A program made the translations under genes and the position numbers. Of a stretch of DNA of 64,000 nt, positions 38,601-47,789 are shown piece after piece. Position 1 is the stretch's first letter; every line of letters begins with the position of its first letter. The stretch comes from Elusimicrobiota bacterium. Its GTDB lineage: Bacteria; Elusimicrobiota; Elusimicrobia; Elusimicrobiales; UBA9959. The notes beneath the pieces were generated by a model. It had not been told where the DNA came from. It did not search any database and saw only the letters and a list, made by a program, of their open reading frames with translations. The stretch lies in NCBI GenBank assembly GCA_012517285.1, contig JAAYVG010000005.1, forward strand, positions 6,304 to 70,303, read 5' to 3'.

Positions 38601-39085
38601 CAACACTTGAATCACAAAGCTCTGAAAATATAAAAATAACTGATGAGCTTGTAAAAAAGGTTAAGGATGATGTAGAATCACTCAGTAAGAAAAACTTTGA
38701 CTATTATCGCAGATACTATCAAAATATAATTGATAATAATCCTGCCGATATATCAGCAAGATTGAGTCTCGGTATATTATACGCTTCAAATATGATGAGC
38801 GATGAAGCCCTTAAAATTTTTAATCAAGTGTTGGAGAGCGATCCGAAAAATCCATCATCGCTTAATAATATTGGAAATATTTATTATATTAAGGGCGATT
38901 ATCAAAAGGCAATAGATTATTATAACAGATCATATGAGATGGATCCATATGATGCAAATATACTGGTAAACATTTCAAGGTGTTATGTAAAGCTCGGTAA
39001 AAGCGATGAGGCAAGATTGTTTTTTAATAAAGCAGTTTCAATCAATCCAGAGCTTAAAAAATACTCTGGTGATATAATAAAGTAA
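35642..39085 (+). CDS. Large secreted protein: NHL beta-propellers, FN3-like domain, transglutaminase-like Cys domain, TPR
   Basis: Signal peptide; NHL repeats (FGSEGSDNGQLLSPSDI, GKFSNPSKI); ISW...YFYKL; SGDCDD...H...E; C-terminal TPR (NNIGNIYY.KGDYQKAI). Confidence 0.8.
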   Translation: MKKIFSLISLLFVSVSAFSYDKIDAKSYLVDAAFTNARSLSVDSDMVYVLLNSKVSVYSSTLSYINSFPVNLESPASITIGDGKIYILDSGKSSVSVYDKSGKFLFNFGSEGSDNGQLLSPSDILYFNGRIFVANTKNKKINVYDKNGIFLYDFSVMLNDGITYLLPTRISIDPYGNLYVGESKRKVILKYDLNGNCISSYDRSDFPFAITQNGLIYTGSDEGKVKEYDLAFSHSMPFGTKGKNKYEFMEFTDIKPHDGGIFVLDAKNSKIIYLKVQNSSAPNISANRSLWKEQISLNPTDSFNIKSNVFNILNDGIIYYLNDKQKGVFVHRKDKDELLLGYGEGSNKIKKINDIFIYGDKSYFADLDDTKIKVFENFKYLISFGDKVGFFGGGKDGKFSNPSKISIDLNEKVYVLDTSLNMIQVFNNDGIFLYSIDLASLDMNGKFSDIFNDEAGNLYALSYSSKKVYVMDSNGKLSSSFDIKDSYRPQSFAYDGIKFIFILDTERSRVYVYDKTGNFYASFFAKGVTSREFMRPGNIRYSNGRLYISDESLGRISSFKISYIPEITNFKILGEDSRIKISWDVNIVIKSKEIFRSTDNINFTSIAKPEKNEYSEENLLGGTTYFYKLTATSLSGDVVSGDVVSFYVQPKEEEKTEVLESADQSINNANKPPLEIITADLKYIFSANYKYYLDNPIGSITVKNNTQDKFENIKVSFYLKEYMDFPSDIIVEDLLPNSTKEVTIKATLNNKIINITENTPIQSQISVKYYSAGVEKDVTLNVPVKILSKDSIVWDDTRRIANFITVKDPVVVEIAKNLNSKVDDIDVDVDPSIITFSFFSNYLASLGIKYVEDPVTPYKLSKSSSDVIIDTVLYPRNLIKIKSGDCDDLTVMFASLFEAVGIKTVIMDYPDHITLMFEIKNKDLSKIGVPEDMIINYDNSYYLPAEVTMISKPVYENISYASAFYKNNKNRVNFYDTRAALTVYEPPTLESQSSENIKITDELVKKVKDDVESLSKKNFDYYRRYYQNIIDNNPADISARLSLGILYASNMMSDEALKIFNQVLESDPKNPSSLNNIGNIYYIKGDYQKAIDYYNRSYEMDPYDANILVNISRCYVKLGKSDEARLFFNKAVSINPELKKYSGDIIK

Positions 39086-39119
39086 AAAAATATTTTATGA
39101 ATCTTTATATGGAGGGTGT

Positions 39120-39581
39120 ATGAAAAAGATTATCTTGGCTGGTTTCTTGGGGATTATAAGCCTGAATGCTTTCTGTGATGATATCAAGCCTTCTGAAACC
39201 AATAAAAAATGGTATGTGGAGGCTGTTAAAAAGGTAAAACTTAAGCTTAATAGTTTATTGAATCCAACAAAAACTGCATCTGTAACATCAGTTTTTGGGA
39301 TAAGGGGTAATAACTATGATTCTAAGAACAGTCTCTACTGGAAGAATATGAACACAGATAAGCTTAACGATAAGATATCAGCTGATAAGAAGGCTCTTGA
39401 ATCAATAATAAAGCAGATTGAAGATGGAAAGATTGATGAAGCAAAAACGGGATTAAAGAATTTTATTAAGAACAACCCAAACAGTTATATCATAAATGAC
39501 GCAAAGGAACTTTTAAATAACTTAAACAGTGAAAGTTCTAATAGTGATTCCAATACTGATGATGCTGGTGATGAAAAATAA
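39120..39581 (+). CDS. Hypothetical secreted protein with TPR-like C-terminal hairpin
   Basis: Signal peptide, GGAGG RBS, G.IDEAK..LKNFIKNNPNS. Confidence 0.7.
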   Translation: MKKIILAGFLGIISLNAFCDDIKPSETNKKWYVEAVKKVKLKLNSLLNPTKTASVTSVFGIRGNNYDSKNSLYWKNMNTDKLNDKISADKKALESIIKQIEDGKIDEAKTGLKNFIKNNPNSYIINDAKELLNNLNSESSNSDSNTDDAGDEK

Positions 39582-39582
39582 T

Positions 39583-40197
39583 CTATCTCTTTGATAGATC
39601 AATGAGTGTTTCATAGAGCATATTGTCTATAACATATTTTTCTTTTCCTGAAAATATTGAAATTGGATAGAACGGGAAAAGCAGAAGATGAAATGTGGTT
39701 TTAACCTCTCCAGTTTTTTCAAATTTGTATTCTTTATCGTTCTGCTCTGCTGTTACAAACATACGGTATGTAACCTTTAAAGATGCCGGAAGGATAAGAA
39801 TATATCCAGTGTCAACAAGAAATGTTGAAAATAATTCTGAATAATTCCATCTACCGTATGTTAAAAGAATAATCTTTACAGTTCCTGTCCCGTTTGTTTC
39901 ATCATACATATTACTTTCTTTAAATTTTTCTATTACTCTCTTCTTAAACTTTATATAATCATCATCATCTACTTCCTGAGGTGTGAGTGTATTGAGATCC
40001 TTTTCAAGACGATTGACCTTGTTGTAATCAGTGTAGCTGTAGTTTTTCCACTGAACAAGTATTTGTTTGTATGGATTTTTGGCTGTTTTCTCTAAGTCTA
40101 ATATCTCATTTCTCGGTATCAGTTTGGTCTTGCTTGTTGATACGCAGGATGAGAGGAAAAGAATGACAGCAAAGAATAGAATATTTATTTTTTTCAT
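39583..40197 (-). CDS. Hypothetical lipoprotein (start reassigned to MKKINIL)
   Basis: Lipobox LSSC after the ATG at 40197; the ORF-track start at 40239 adds a non-signal leader. Confidence 0.65.
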   Translation of the reverse strand: MKKINILFFAVILFLSSCVSTSKTKLIPRNEILDLEKTAKNPYKQILVQWKNYSYTDYNKVNRLEKDLNTLTPQEVDDDDYIKFKKRVIEKFKESNMYDETNGTGTVKIILLTYGRWNYSELFSTFLVDTGYILILPASLKVTYRMFVTAEQNDKEYKFEKTGEVKTTFHLLLFPFYPISIFSGKEKYVIDNMLYETLIDLSKR

Positions 40198-40303
40198 CAA
40201 ATTTATTATACAAATTTTTATATTATTTTTTCTAATCACATTATAAATTTTTTAGATTTGAAAAAAAAATTTATAATTTGTATATTAATCTTAGGAGAGG
40301 TTT

Positions 40304-42157
40304 ATGAATAAAAAAACAAATAAAAGTGTTAATATAACCAATAAAAAAATGAGTGTTATAAGATTTGCTGGCGATAGCGGTGATGGAATACAACTTGTTG
40401 GAACACAGTTCGCAAATGCAACCGCTATAGCTGGGAATGAGCTTTCAACACTTCCTGATTATCCAGCAGAGATAAGGGCTCCTCAGGGGAGCCTCGGTGG
40501 GGTGAGTGGCTTTCAGGTAGCATTTGGAAACGAATCTGTTATGAGTCCTGGTAGCAGGGCTGATTTTCTGGTTGTTATGAATCCAGCAGCCTTAAAGGTT
40601 AACATAAAGTATCTTGACAGGGGAAGTGTTGTTGTTGCAAACTCCAGCAACTTTACACCTGATAATCTTAAAAAGGCCGGTTATGATTCTAATCCTCTCG
40701 AGGATGGATCGCTTTCAAACTATAGAGTTTTATCTGTGGATGCAAACTATCTTGTTGAAGAAACGCTTAAGGATACTGGACTTACTAAATCTGAGATATT
40801 AAAAACAAAGAATTTCTTTATGCTTGGGGTTCTTTACTGGATATTTGATCTTCCAATTGAGGTAACAGCAAAATGGATTGATGAAAAGTTTAAAAAGAAT
40901 CCTAAGATTGCTGATGCAAATAAAAAAGTTTTATATGCCGGTTATAATTATGCAGAAAATACTGAGATGTTTGATGCAAGATTTAATATAGAAAAGGGTA
41001 ATCTTTCAAAGGGTAAATATCATAACGTTACTGGCAATGAAGCAAGTTGCTATGCCCTCATTGCTGCATCAAAAAAATTAGGAAGAAAAGTTTTTTATGG
41101 TTCATATCCTATAACGCCTGCTACTGAGATACTCCATACTTTTTCAAAGCTCAAAAGCAAAGATATCGTTGTTTTTCAGGCTGAGGATGAGATCGCTGCT
41201 ATATGTGCTTCAATAGGTGCAGCCTATTCTGGGTGTCTTTCCTCAACAGGAACAAGCGGGCCTGGACTTTCTCTTAAAACAGAAGCTCTTGGTCTTGCCG
41301 TCATAAGCGAGCTTCCTCTCGTGGTGGTGGATGTTCAGAGAAGTGGACCATCAACCGGGATACCAACAAAGACAGAGCAGTCGGATCTTTTTATATCAGC
41401 GTTTGGGAGACATGGTGATTCTCCGCTTGTTGTTCTTGCTGCAAGAAGTCCTGCTGATTGCTTTTATACCGTTTATGAGGCCTCAAGGCTTGCGGTTAAG
41501 TATATGACTCCAGTGATAGTTCTTACATCGGCCTATATCGCTCAGGGATCAGAACCATTCAAAATTCCATCAAATTCGGAGTTAAAAAATTTTGAGATAG
41601 AAAAGTTGCCTTCAGCTGATTTGTTCAAGCCGTATATGAGAAATCCCGAAACATTTGTTAGACCATGGGCATATCCTCCTATGAAGGGATATGAGCACAG
41701 AATAGGTGGACTTGAAAAAACCAATATTGCCGGTAATGTCAGTCATGAACCAGAGAATCATCAGATCATGACCGATTACAGAATCGGCAAGATAAAGAAG
41801 GTTCAGTCTGATATTCCGCCAACTGAGATCTATGGCAACAAGGATGCTGATATGGTTGTGGTTGGATGGGGTTCAACCTATGGTGCTATGATGAGTGCTG
41901 TTCAACTGGCTAATTCTAAGGGGATAGATACTGCTTTCATAAATATGAAGTATTTAAATCCTTTACCAGCGGATCTCGGTGATAAGCTTAATAAATATAA
42001 AAAGATAGTTGTGATCGAAGAAAATAAAGGGCAGATGGCATTTGTTTTAAAAGGAAATTATCTTGTTGATATCGTAAGCAGAACAAAGGTTACAGGTCAA
42101 CCATTTACAACTGAGGAGATACTCAATATAATTGAGGAAGAGTTTAGAAATAGATGA
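40304..42157 (+). CDS. korA: 2-oxoacid:ferredoxin oxidoreductase subunit alpha
   Basis: IRFAGDSGDGIQL, YPAEIRAP, YPITPA, QAEDEIAA, SGPG and HRIGGLEK motifs. Confidence 0.95.
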   Translation: MNKKTNKSVNITNKKMSVIRFAGDSGDGIQLVGTQFANATAIAGNELSTLPDYPAEIRAPQGSLGGVSGFQVAFGNESVMSPGSRADFLVVMNPAALKVNIKYLDRGSVVVANSSNFTPDNLKKAGYDSNPLEDGSLSNYRVLSVDANYLVEETLKDTGLTKSEILKTKNFFMLGVLYWIFDLPIEVTAKWIDEKFKKNPKIADANKKVLYAGYNYAENTEMFDARFNIEKGNLSKGKYHNVTGNEASCYALIAASKKLGRKVFYGSYPITPATEILHTFSKLKSKDIVVFQAEDEIAAICASIGAAYSGCLSSTGTSGPGLSLKTEALGLAVISELPLVVVDVQRSGPSTGIPTKTEQSDLFISAFGRHGDSPLVVLAARSPADCFYTVYEASRLAVKYMTPVIVLTSAYIAQGSEPFKIPSNSELKNFEIEKLPSADLFKPYMRNPETFVRPWAYPPMKGYEHRIGGLEKTNIAGNVSHEPENHQIMTDYRIGKIKKVQSDIPPTEIYGNKDADMVVVGWGSTYGAMMSAVQLANSKGIDTAFINMKYLNPLPADLGDKLNKYKKIVVIEENKGQMAFVLKGNYLVDIVSRTKVTGQPFTTEEILNIIEEEFRNR

Positions 42158-42202
42158 TGTAGTTTTTTGTAATTGTGATTAGAAAAAATACAGGAGGAGA
42201 AT

Positions 42203-43189
42203 ATGACAAAGTTAACGCCGAATGATTTCTCATCAAATTTACCGATAAAGTGGTGCCCAGGATGTGGAGATTATGCTATACTGAATTCTGTAAAAAAATC
42301 AATGGCGGAGCTGGGTATAGATCATGAAAAGTATGTCGTGGTTTCAGGTATAGGTTGCTCAAGCAGGTTTCCCTATTATGTTAATACATATGGATATCAT
42401 ACCATTCACGGAAGGGCTATACCAGTGGCTACTGGTATAAAGCTTTCTAATCCTGATCTTATGGTTTTCGTTGTAACTGGTGATGGGGATTGCCTTTCTA
42501 TAGGTGGGAACCATTTCATCCATGGAATAAGAAGAAATATTGGGCTTAAAGTTCTGATGTTTAATAACAGAATTTATGCACTTACAAAGGGTCAGGCCTC
42601 TCCTACAACACTTCCAGGCGCAAAAACAAAAACAACACCTTATGGAAGCACAGACTATCCATTCAATCCTATGCTTTTTGCAGTTGGGATGAGAGCTCCG
42701 TTTGTAGCAAGGAGTATTGACACTGATATAAATGGAACATCTTCAATAATAACAGAGGCAGCTAAGAATGAGGGCTTTGCATTCGTTGAGATACTTCAAA
42801 AATGTGTTGTCTTCACTGATAAAGAATTTGATGTCTTTAAAAATCCTGAGACCAAGGATGATATGATTGTAAGAATAGAGGATAAAAAACCTATGATCTT
42901 TGGCAAGAATAGAAATAAGGCTATTGTTGTTGAGAATAATACACCAAAGATTGTTGAGTTTGATCCGTCTATCGTCCCATCAAATCTTACTATATATGAT
43001 TCTTCAGATGTAAATTTAGCATATATCATATCCTCGCTTATGCCACCTGAGTTTCCATTACCGCTTGGGATTTTTTTAAGATTTGCTAAAACATCTTATG
43101 AGAATTTATTTTATAACAGCGTGAAAGATGTAGCCACCCCTTCTTCTGTTGAAGAAATATTAAAAGAAAGCACATATGAGATAAAATAA
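42203..43189 (+). CDS. korB: 2-oxoacid:ferredoxin oxidoreductase subunit beta
   Basis: WCPGCGD, SGIGCSSR, HGRA, TPP motif GDGD...NN and LTKGQASPT. Confidence 0.95.
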   Translation: MTKLTPNDFSSNLPIKWCPGCGDYAILNSVKKSMAELGIDHEKYVVVSGIGCSSRFPYYVNTYGYHTIHGRAIPVATGIKLSNPDLMVFVVTGDGDCLSIGGNHFIHGIRRNIGLKVLMFNNRIYALTKGQASPTTLPGAKTKTTPYGSTDYPFNPMLFAVGMRAPFVARSIDTDINGTSSIITEAAKNEGFAFVEILQKCVVFTDKEFDVFKNPETKDDMIVRIEDKKPMIFGKNRNKAIVVENNTPKIVEFDPSIVPSNLTIYDSSDVNLAYIISSLMPPEFPLPLGIFLRFAKTSYENLFYNSVKDVATPSSVEEILKESTYEIK

Positions 43190-43195
43190 TTTATT

Positions 43196-43221
43196 TAGGG
43201 TTCACTGAGAAGTGAACCCTA
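43196..43221. mobile_element. Collapsed MITE (terminal inverted repeats only), forming a hairpin after korB
   Basis: TAGGGTTCACT-GAGA-AGTGAACCCTA; the arms are identical to the outer 11 bp of the TIRs at 9101 and 9375. Confidence 0.8.
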
Positions 43222-43320
43222 TTTAGTAAAAATTAAATAAATATTTAATATAATAAATTTATAACATAGTTATGAGACGATTGGAAGAATTAATAAGTAT
43301 CTAATCGTTATATATTTTTT

Positions 43321-44472
43321 ATGAAAAAATATTTGAGAACATTTTTCCCCGAGGATAGCATACTTGGCATAGATATTGGCAACTATGCCATAAAGTTTGT
43401 CCTTTTTGATAAAACTGGTGAAAACATTTCTTTAAAAAACTTTGGTTATCTGCCGCTCAATATTCCTCAGGATATAGAGCCTGCTGAACGAAAAACAATT
43501 ATCTCAGGAGAGATATCTAAATACGTCAAGAAAGAAGGGATTAAAACAAAGTATGCTGCTACGTCTGTTTCAGGAAATTCAGTTATAACAAGATATATAA
43601 AGCTTCCAAAGATTGATAAGAAGGAGCTCGATCTGAGGATATCATCAGAGGCTGAGGCATTCATTCCTTTTGATATAAATGATGTTGCTCTTTCATACTT
43701 TATTATAAATGATGATGTCTTTGAGGATGGTCAGAGCAGAATGGAGCTGGTGCTTGTTGCTGTAAAGAAAGAATTAATAGATGAAAGAACTGAAATAATA
43801 ACAACTGCTGGTCTTATCCCAGTTTTAATTGATGTTGATAGCTTTGCAATTGAGAATGTAGTCAATTTTATAGAGGGAAGACCATCAGAAAATAACAGAT
43901 CAATAATGGTTATAAACATCGGTCAAAGGCTTACAAACATATCAATACTTGTAAACAACATATCAATATCAAATGATAAAAAGGAGCAAAGCTTTCCATT
44001 TTATTCAAAGCTTGTAAGGGACGTTTTTGTTGGAGGATATTCAATTGATAGAATGATATCAAAGAAGATGAATTTAGATATACACAATGTGGATGAGATT
44101 AAAAAGAGTGCTAAGATACTTGTTGATGATGATGATAAATTGGATGCGATAAAAAACTATGATAAGTTTACCATTTCAACATCAAGAATAATTTCTGGTG
44201 TTGTAAAGGAATTGATAAATGATATAAACAGATCCATTGATTTTTTTATATCATCAGGAATGGATGTCTCTATATCAAAGATATACCTCTGTGGTGGATG
44301 CTCGTCCATTAAGAACTTGGATAAGTTTATGTTCAATGAGCTTAAAATTCCTGTTGAATATATAAATCCTTTTAAGTTTGTGAAAAACAGGCCTGATAAT
44401 ATCCCAGAGTATATGTTGAATTCACTTGCTGTGGCTGCAGGTCTTTCTTTGAGGAGCATTAAGGATTTATGA
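43321..44472 (+). CDS. pilM: Type IV pilus assembly protein PilM
   Basis: LGIDIG...IK, EAEAFIPF, IDVDSFA and IYLCGG actin-like motifs; C-terminal AVAAGLSLR. Confidence 0.93.
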   Translation: MKKYLRTFFPEDSILGIDIGNYAIKFVLFDKTGENISLKNFGYLPLNIPQDIEPAERKTIISGEISKYVKKEGIKTKYAATSVSGNSVITRYIKLPKIDKKELDLRISSEAEAFIPFDINDVALSYFIINDDVFEDGQSRMELVLVAVKKELIDERTEIITTAGLIPVLIDVDSFAIENVVNFIEGRPSENNRSIMVINIGQRLTNISILVNNISISNDKKEQSFPFYSKLVRDVFVGGYSIDRMISKKMNLDIHNVDEIKKSAKILVDDDDKLDAIKNYDKFTISTSRIISGVVKELINDINRSIDFFISSGMDVSISKIYLCGGCSSIKNLDKFMFNELKIPVEYINPFKFVKNRPDNIPEYMLNSLAVAAGLSLRSIKDL

Positions 44473-45014
44473 TCAAAATAAACCTTTCTCCTAAAAATTA
44501 TGTTGATAAAATTTATTCAAGTGTTTTTGCTGCAAAGGTTGCTCTGGGCGGAATATCTTTGTTCATAATTTTATTTGTTCTTTTTGTCTTTCACTATACT
44601 TCTTTTAGAAATCTTCAGGTTGATTATTATGTGAAACAGAAGGAGTATGAGCTGTTGAAGAAGGATGTGGATCGTTCCAATGATATACAAAAGCAGATAA
44701 ATGAAATAAACAATTATATATCAGCCGTTGATAAAATAAACAAAAATAGATTCTTATATATAGCTTTTATGCAGGATATCGTTAACAACCTTCCTGAGAC
44801 AATGTGGTTTGGAGGTATAACAACAGTTTCAAAGACTGATCATATAGAAGTGAGTATAAATCTTAACTCCAATTCACTTGAGGATATGGTGTGGTGGTAT
44901 TCCCTTTTGGATAAAAGTTCTAAAAGATATTCCAATGTAAAAATCTCTCAGATAATGTCAAATGGAGATTTTTATAATACACAGCTAACATTTAGTTATG
45001 ACTACGAAGTATGA
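44469..45014 (+). CDS. pilN: Type IV pilus assembly protein PilN
   Basis: MIKINL.P motif, TM helix, coiled coil, LPETMW. Confidence 0.85.
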   Translation: MIKINLSPKNYVDKIYSSVFAAKVALGGISLFIILFVLFVFHYTSFRNLQVDYYVKQKEYELLKKDVDRSNDIQKQINEINNYISAVDKINKNRFLYIAFMQDIVNNLPETMWFGGITTVSKTDHIEVSINLNSNSLEDMVWWYSLLDKSSKRYSNVKISQIMSNGDFYNTQLTFSYDYEV

Positions 45015-45565
45015 ATAAAATTAATATTGATAATAAACTGCTGATAAAGATTGCATCCGTTGCTGTTATGTTTGGTGCTGTTCTTTTTATTTATTTGTTC
45101 TACTTCTGGTTTCCAGTATCTAAGAAGATAGCTGATATGAATGAGAATCTTAAAAAAATTGATGCTGAGATAAATCAGGCTAAAGAGATAAAGTCAAAGT
45201 ATAATGACCTTTCAAAAACACTTCTTGATCTGACTGAACAAAAGATTGAAATGGAAAGAAAGCTTCCGAATGATAAAAATATGCCTGATCTTGTGAGAAC
45301 CATAAAAAAAATAGCTGATAAATACTATATAAAGATAAACTCGATATCTCCTGCTACTGAGGTAAAGGATCAGTATTTTTTCAAGGTGTCATATAATATT
45401 GCTGCAACAGGAAGCTATCATAATATTGGTAAATTCTTTGCAGAGATTGCCTTACAGGAGAGGATATTGAATATCGAAAACCTTTCCCTTTCGCAGGGGG
45501 AAGAGTCATCTGTTAATTTTGTTCTTGTTTCATACAGATACGATGATGGTAAAAATAACCTATGA
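45011..45565 (+). CDS. pilO: Type IV pilus assembly protein PilO
   Basis: TM helix, coiled coil, LP...MPDL and GSYHNIGKFF...ERI motifs. Confidence 0.9.
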   Translation: MNKINIDNKLLIKIASVAVMFGAVLFIYLFYFWFPVSKKIADMNENLKKIDAEINQAKEIKSKYNDLSKTLLDLTEQKIEMERKLPNDKNMPDLVRTIKKIADKYYIKINSISPATEVKDQYFFKVSYNIAATGSYHNIGKFFAEIALQERILNIENLSLSQGEESSVNFVLVSYRYDDGKNNL

Positions 45566-46008
45566 AAATATTTTTATTTTTATTTTTCTGTAATTTTCTT
45601 GATGCTCAGTATATAAAATCTGATGTGGTCATATCCACTACTAATGTATCGGTAAAGGAAATTTATGCACCATATGTTAAAAGAAATCCTATGGTGCAGT
45701 CAAAGGTTTATGGTTCTAAAACTTTAAAATATTCCATTGTCAATTCCACTTCTCCCATCAAACAGGAGATGAGCATAAAAAAATTTAAACTCTCTGGAAT
45801 AATAAAATATAATGATTACAGAGAGGCTCTTTTAAAGGATACTATGAACGATACTGCCTATATACTCAGAAACGGTATGCTTTATGATAATAAAAAGAAG
45901 GTATTGAAAAACATACGAGGTGATATAAGGGAAAAATCAGTCTTGCTTTATGACATAATATCTAAGGATGAGATCAATCTTTTAATAGATGAGGATAAAA
46001 AGGAGTAG
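45562..46008 (+). CDS. PilP-like protein
   Basis: KRNPM and FKLSGII...ALL motifs; between pilO and pilQ; no clear lipobox. Confidence 0.6.
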   Translation: MKIFLFLFFCNFLDAQYIKSDVVISTTNVSVKEIYAPYVKRNPMVQSKVYGSKTLKYSIVNSTSPIKQEMSIKKFKLSGIIKYNDYREALLKDTMNDTAYILRNGMLYDNKKKVLKNIRGDIREKSVLLYDIISKDEINLLIDEDKKE

Positions 46009-46011
46009 TCT

Positions 46012-47754
46012 ATGAATACAATATTTTTTATGATTTCTCTATTTCTATCAGATGTTTATAGCAGCGAAATAATAAATGATGTTCAGTGGAAGGATAACAG
46101 CATTGTTATAACCCATTCTGCTGAAAGAATGAAATATTCTATAAAGAACTTACAGGGTTTATCAGGTATTGAAATAAGTATAAGTGATATGAATTTTAAA
46201 GTTTTAAAGGAACAGCCAGTTGTATCTGATATTGTCAAAAGGATAAAAACTTTTCAATATGCTGATGTATCCAAAATAGAGGTGGAAACTTTAAAGGCTG
46301 TGTCGTATGATGTAGTCGAAAATAAAGGAAAGCTTATAATAAAGCTTTATCCGAGTAAGACGAATGAAACCCATAATGATATGAAAATAATTTCTCCCAA
46401 AAAAGAAGTTATTAAAAACAAAGGCAATACTGCTTATGTTGAGAAAAAGAACATAATGGAAAGACTGCCAAAGTATAGGATTGATATAGACTACTCTGAG
46501 GCCGATGTGAGAGAGGTATTGACACAGCTTGCTGCAAGGGCTTCTATAAATGTTGTTTTTTCAAACAATGTCACAGGAAATATATCGTTATCGTTAAAAA
46601 GCACTCCTTTTGATGAGGTGTTTAAAACAGTGCTTGATATAAAAGGTCTTGTTGCCCAACAAATAGCTGATAATGTGCTGAAAATATCCACGACTCAAAA
46701 TTTGTTTGATGAACAGAAAAATTCATATCTTCAAACCAAGGTTATCTTTTTAAACTATGTAAAAGCCTCAGATTTAAAGGCTCAGATAGAGTCTGTTGCT
46801 CAGGCTGAGGGAAGAGTATCGTCAAAGTGCAATGTTGATGATACAAACAACGCACTCATAGTTACAGATACACCTATGGGACTTGAGACAACAGAGATGC
46901 TTGTTAAGAAGCTGGACAGAATCCCCAAACAAGTCTTGATTGAGGCAAAGCTTGTTGAGGTAAATCTTAACAGCGGGCTTGATACAGGGATTCAGTGGTC
47001 TGTTTCAGGCAATAAAAATGGTAATTATGTTGGTGCAAACAGCGCTCAGAGCGATGGAGCAATAGGGCCTAATGCTCAGTGGGGAAATCAAAAAAGCATA
47101 ACTCCAGGATACAGTGGATCGTATACGGGAGTTGGGGCAAACCTTACAGCTCAGACTGGAGGAACAGGTGTTGAGCTGCCTGCAAGCACAATATACGGGG
47201 CATTTAGATTTGGAAGGATAACATCCAATTTTATGTTTGATGCAATAATATCTGCCGCTGAACAAAAGGGAAATGCAAAGGTTTTATCAAATCCTAAGAT
47301 AGCTACGCTTAACAATAAGACAGCAACAATACTTATAACAGATCAGACCCCTTATGATCAACAGACTGCTACTATTTCTAACGGTCAGACAACTATATCT
47401 CATAATTATTCAAATGTTGATACAGGGATAACGCTTGAGGTCACTCCGACAATAACATCGGATGGACAGATAACAATGCATGTTGTTCCTGAGGTTAGAC
47501 AGCTTTCTGGTCAGCCAAACGGGATTGCTCCTCCACCAACAGCCACAAGAAAGAGTGATACAAACGTAATTGTTCAGGATGGTGAAACGATAGTAATAGG
47601 TGGGCTTATACATGATTATGAACAAGAATATGAGTATAAGGTTCCTCTGCTTGGAGATATTCCACTTTTAGGATACTTGTTTAAAAAGACTTCCAAGGAA
47701 AGGCAAAGAATGGAGCTTTTAATATTTGTAACACCTAAAATTATTGAAAGTTAA
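46012..47754 (+). CDS. pilQ: Type IV pilus secretin PilQ
   Basis: QVLIEAKLVEV, VLSNPKIATLNN, GITLEVTP, GETIVIGGL and VPLLGDIPLLGYLFK secretin motifs. Confidence 0.95.
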   Translation: MNTIFFMISLFLSDVYSSEIINDVQWKDNSIVITHSAERMKYSIKNLQGLSGIEISISDMNFKVLKEQPVVSDIVKRIKTFQYADVSKIEVETLKAVSYDVVENKGKLIIKLYPSKTNETHNDMKIISPKKEVIKNKGNTAYVEKKNIMERLPKYRIDIDYSEADVREVLTQLAARASINVVFSNNVTGNISLSLKSTPFDEVFKTVLDIKGLVAQQIADNVLKISTTQNLFDEQKNSYLQTKVIFLNYVKASDLKAQIESVAQAEGRVSSKCNVDDTNNALIVTDTPMGLETTEMLVKKLDRIPKQVLIEAKLVEVNLNSGLDTGIQWSVSGNKNGNYVGANSAQSDGAIGPNAQWGNQKSITPGYSGSYTGVGANLTAQTGGTGVELPASTIYGAFRFGRITSNFMFDAIISAAEQKGNAKVLSNPKIATLNNKTATILITDQTPYDQQTATISNGQTTISHNYSNVDTGITLEVTPTITSDGQITMHVVPEVRQLSGQPNGIAPPPTATRKSDTNVIVQDGETIVIGGLIHDYEQEYEYKVPLLGDIPLLGYLFKKTSKERQRMELLIFVTPKIIES

Positions 47755-47789
47755 TTTGTTGATATAGTTTTTATATCAGCCAGTAAAAC

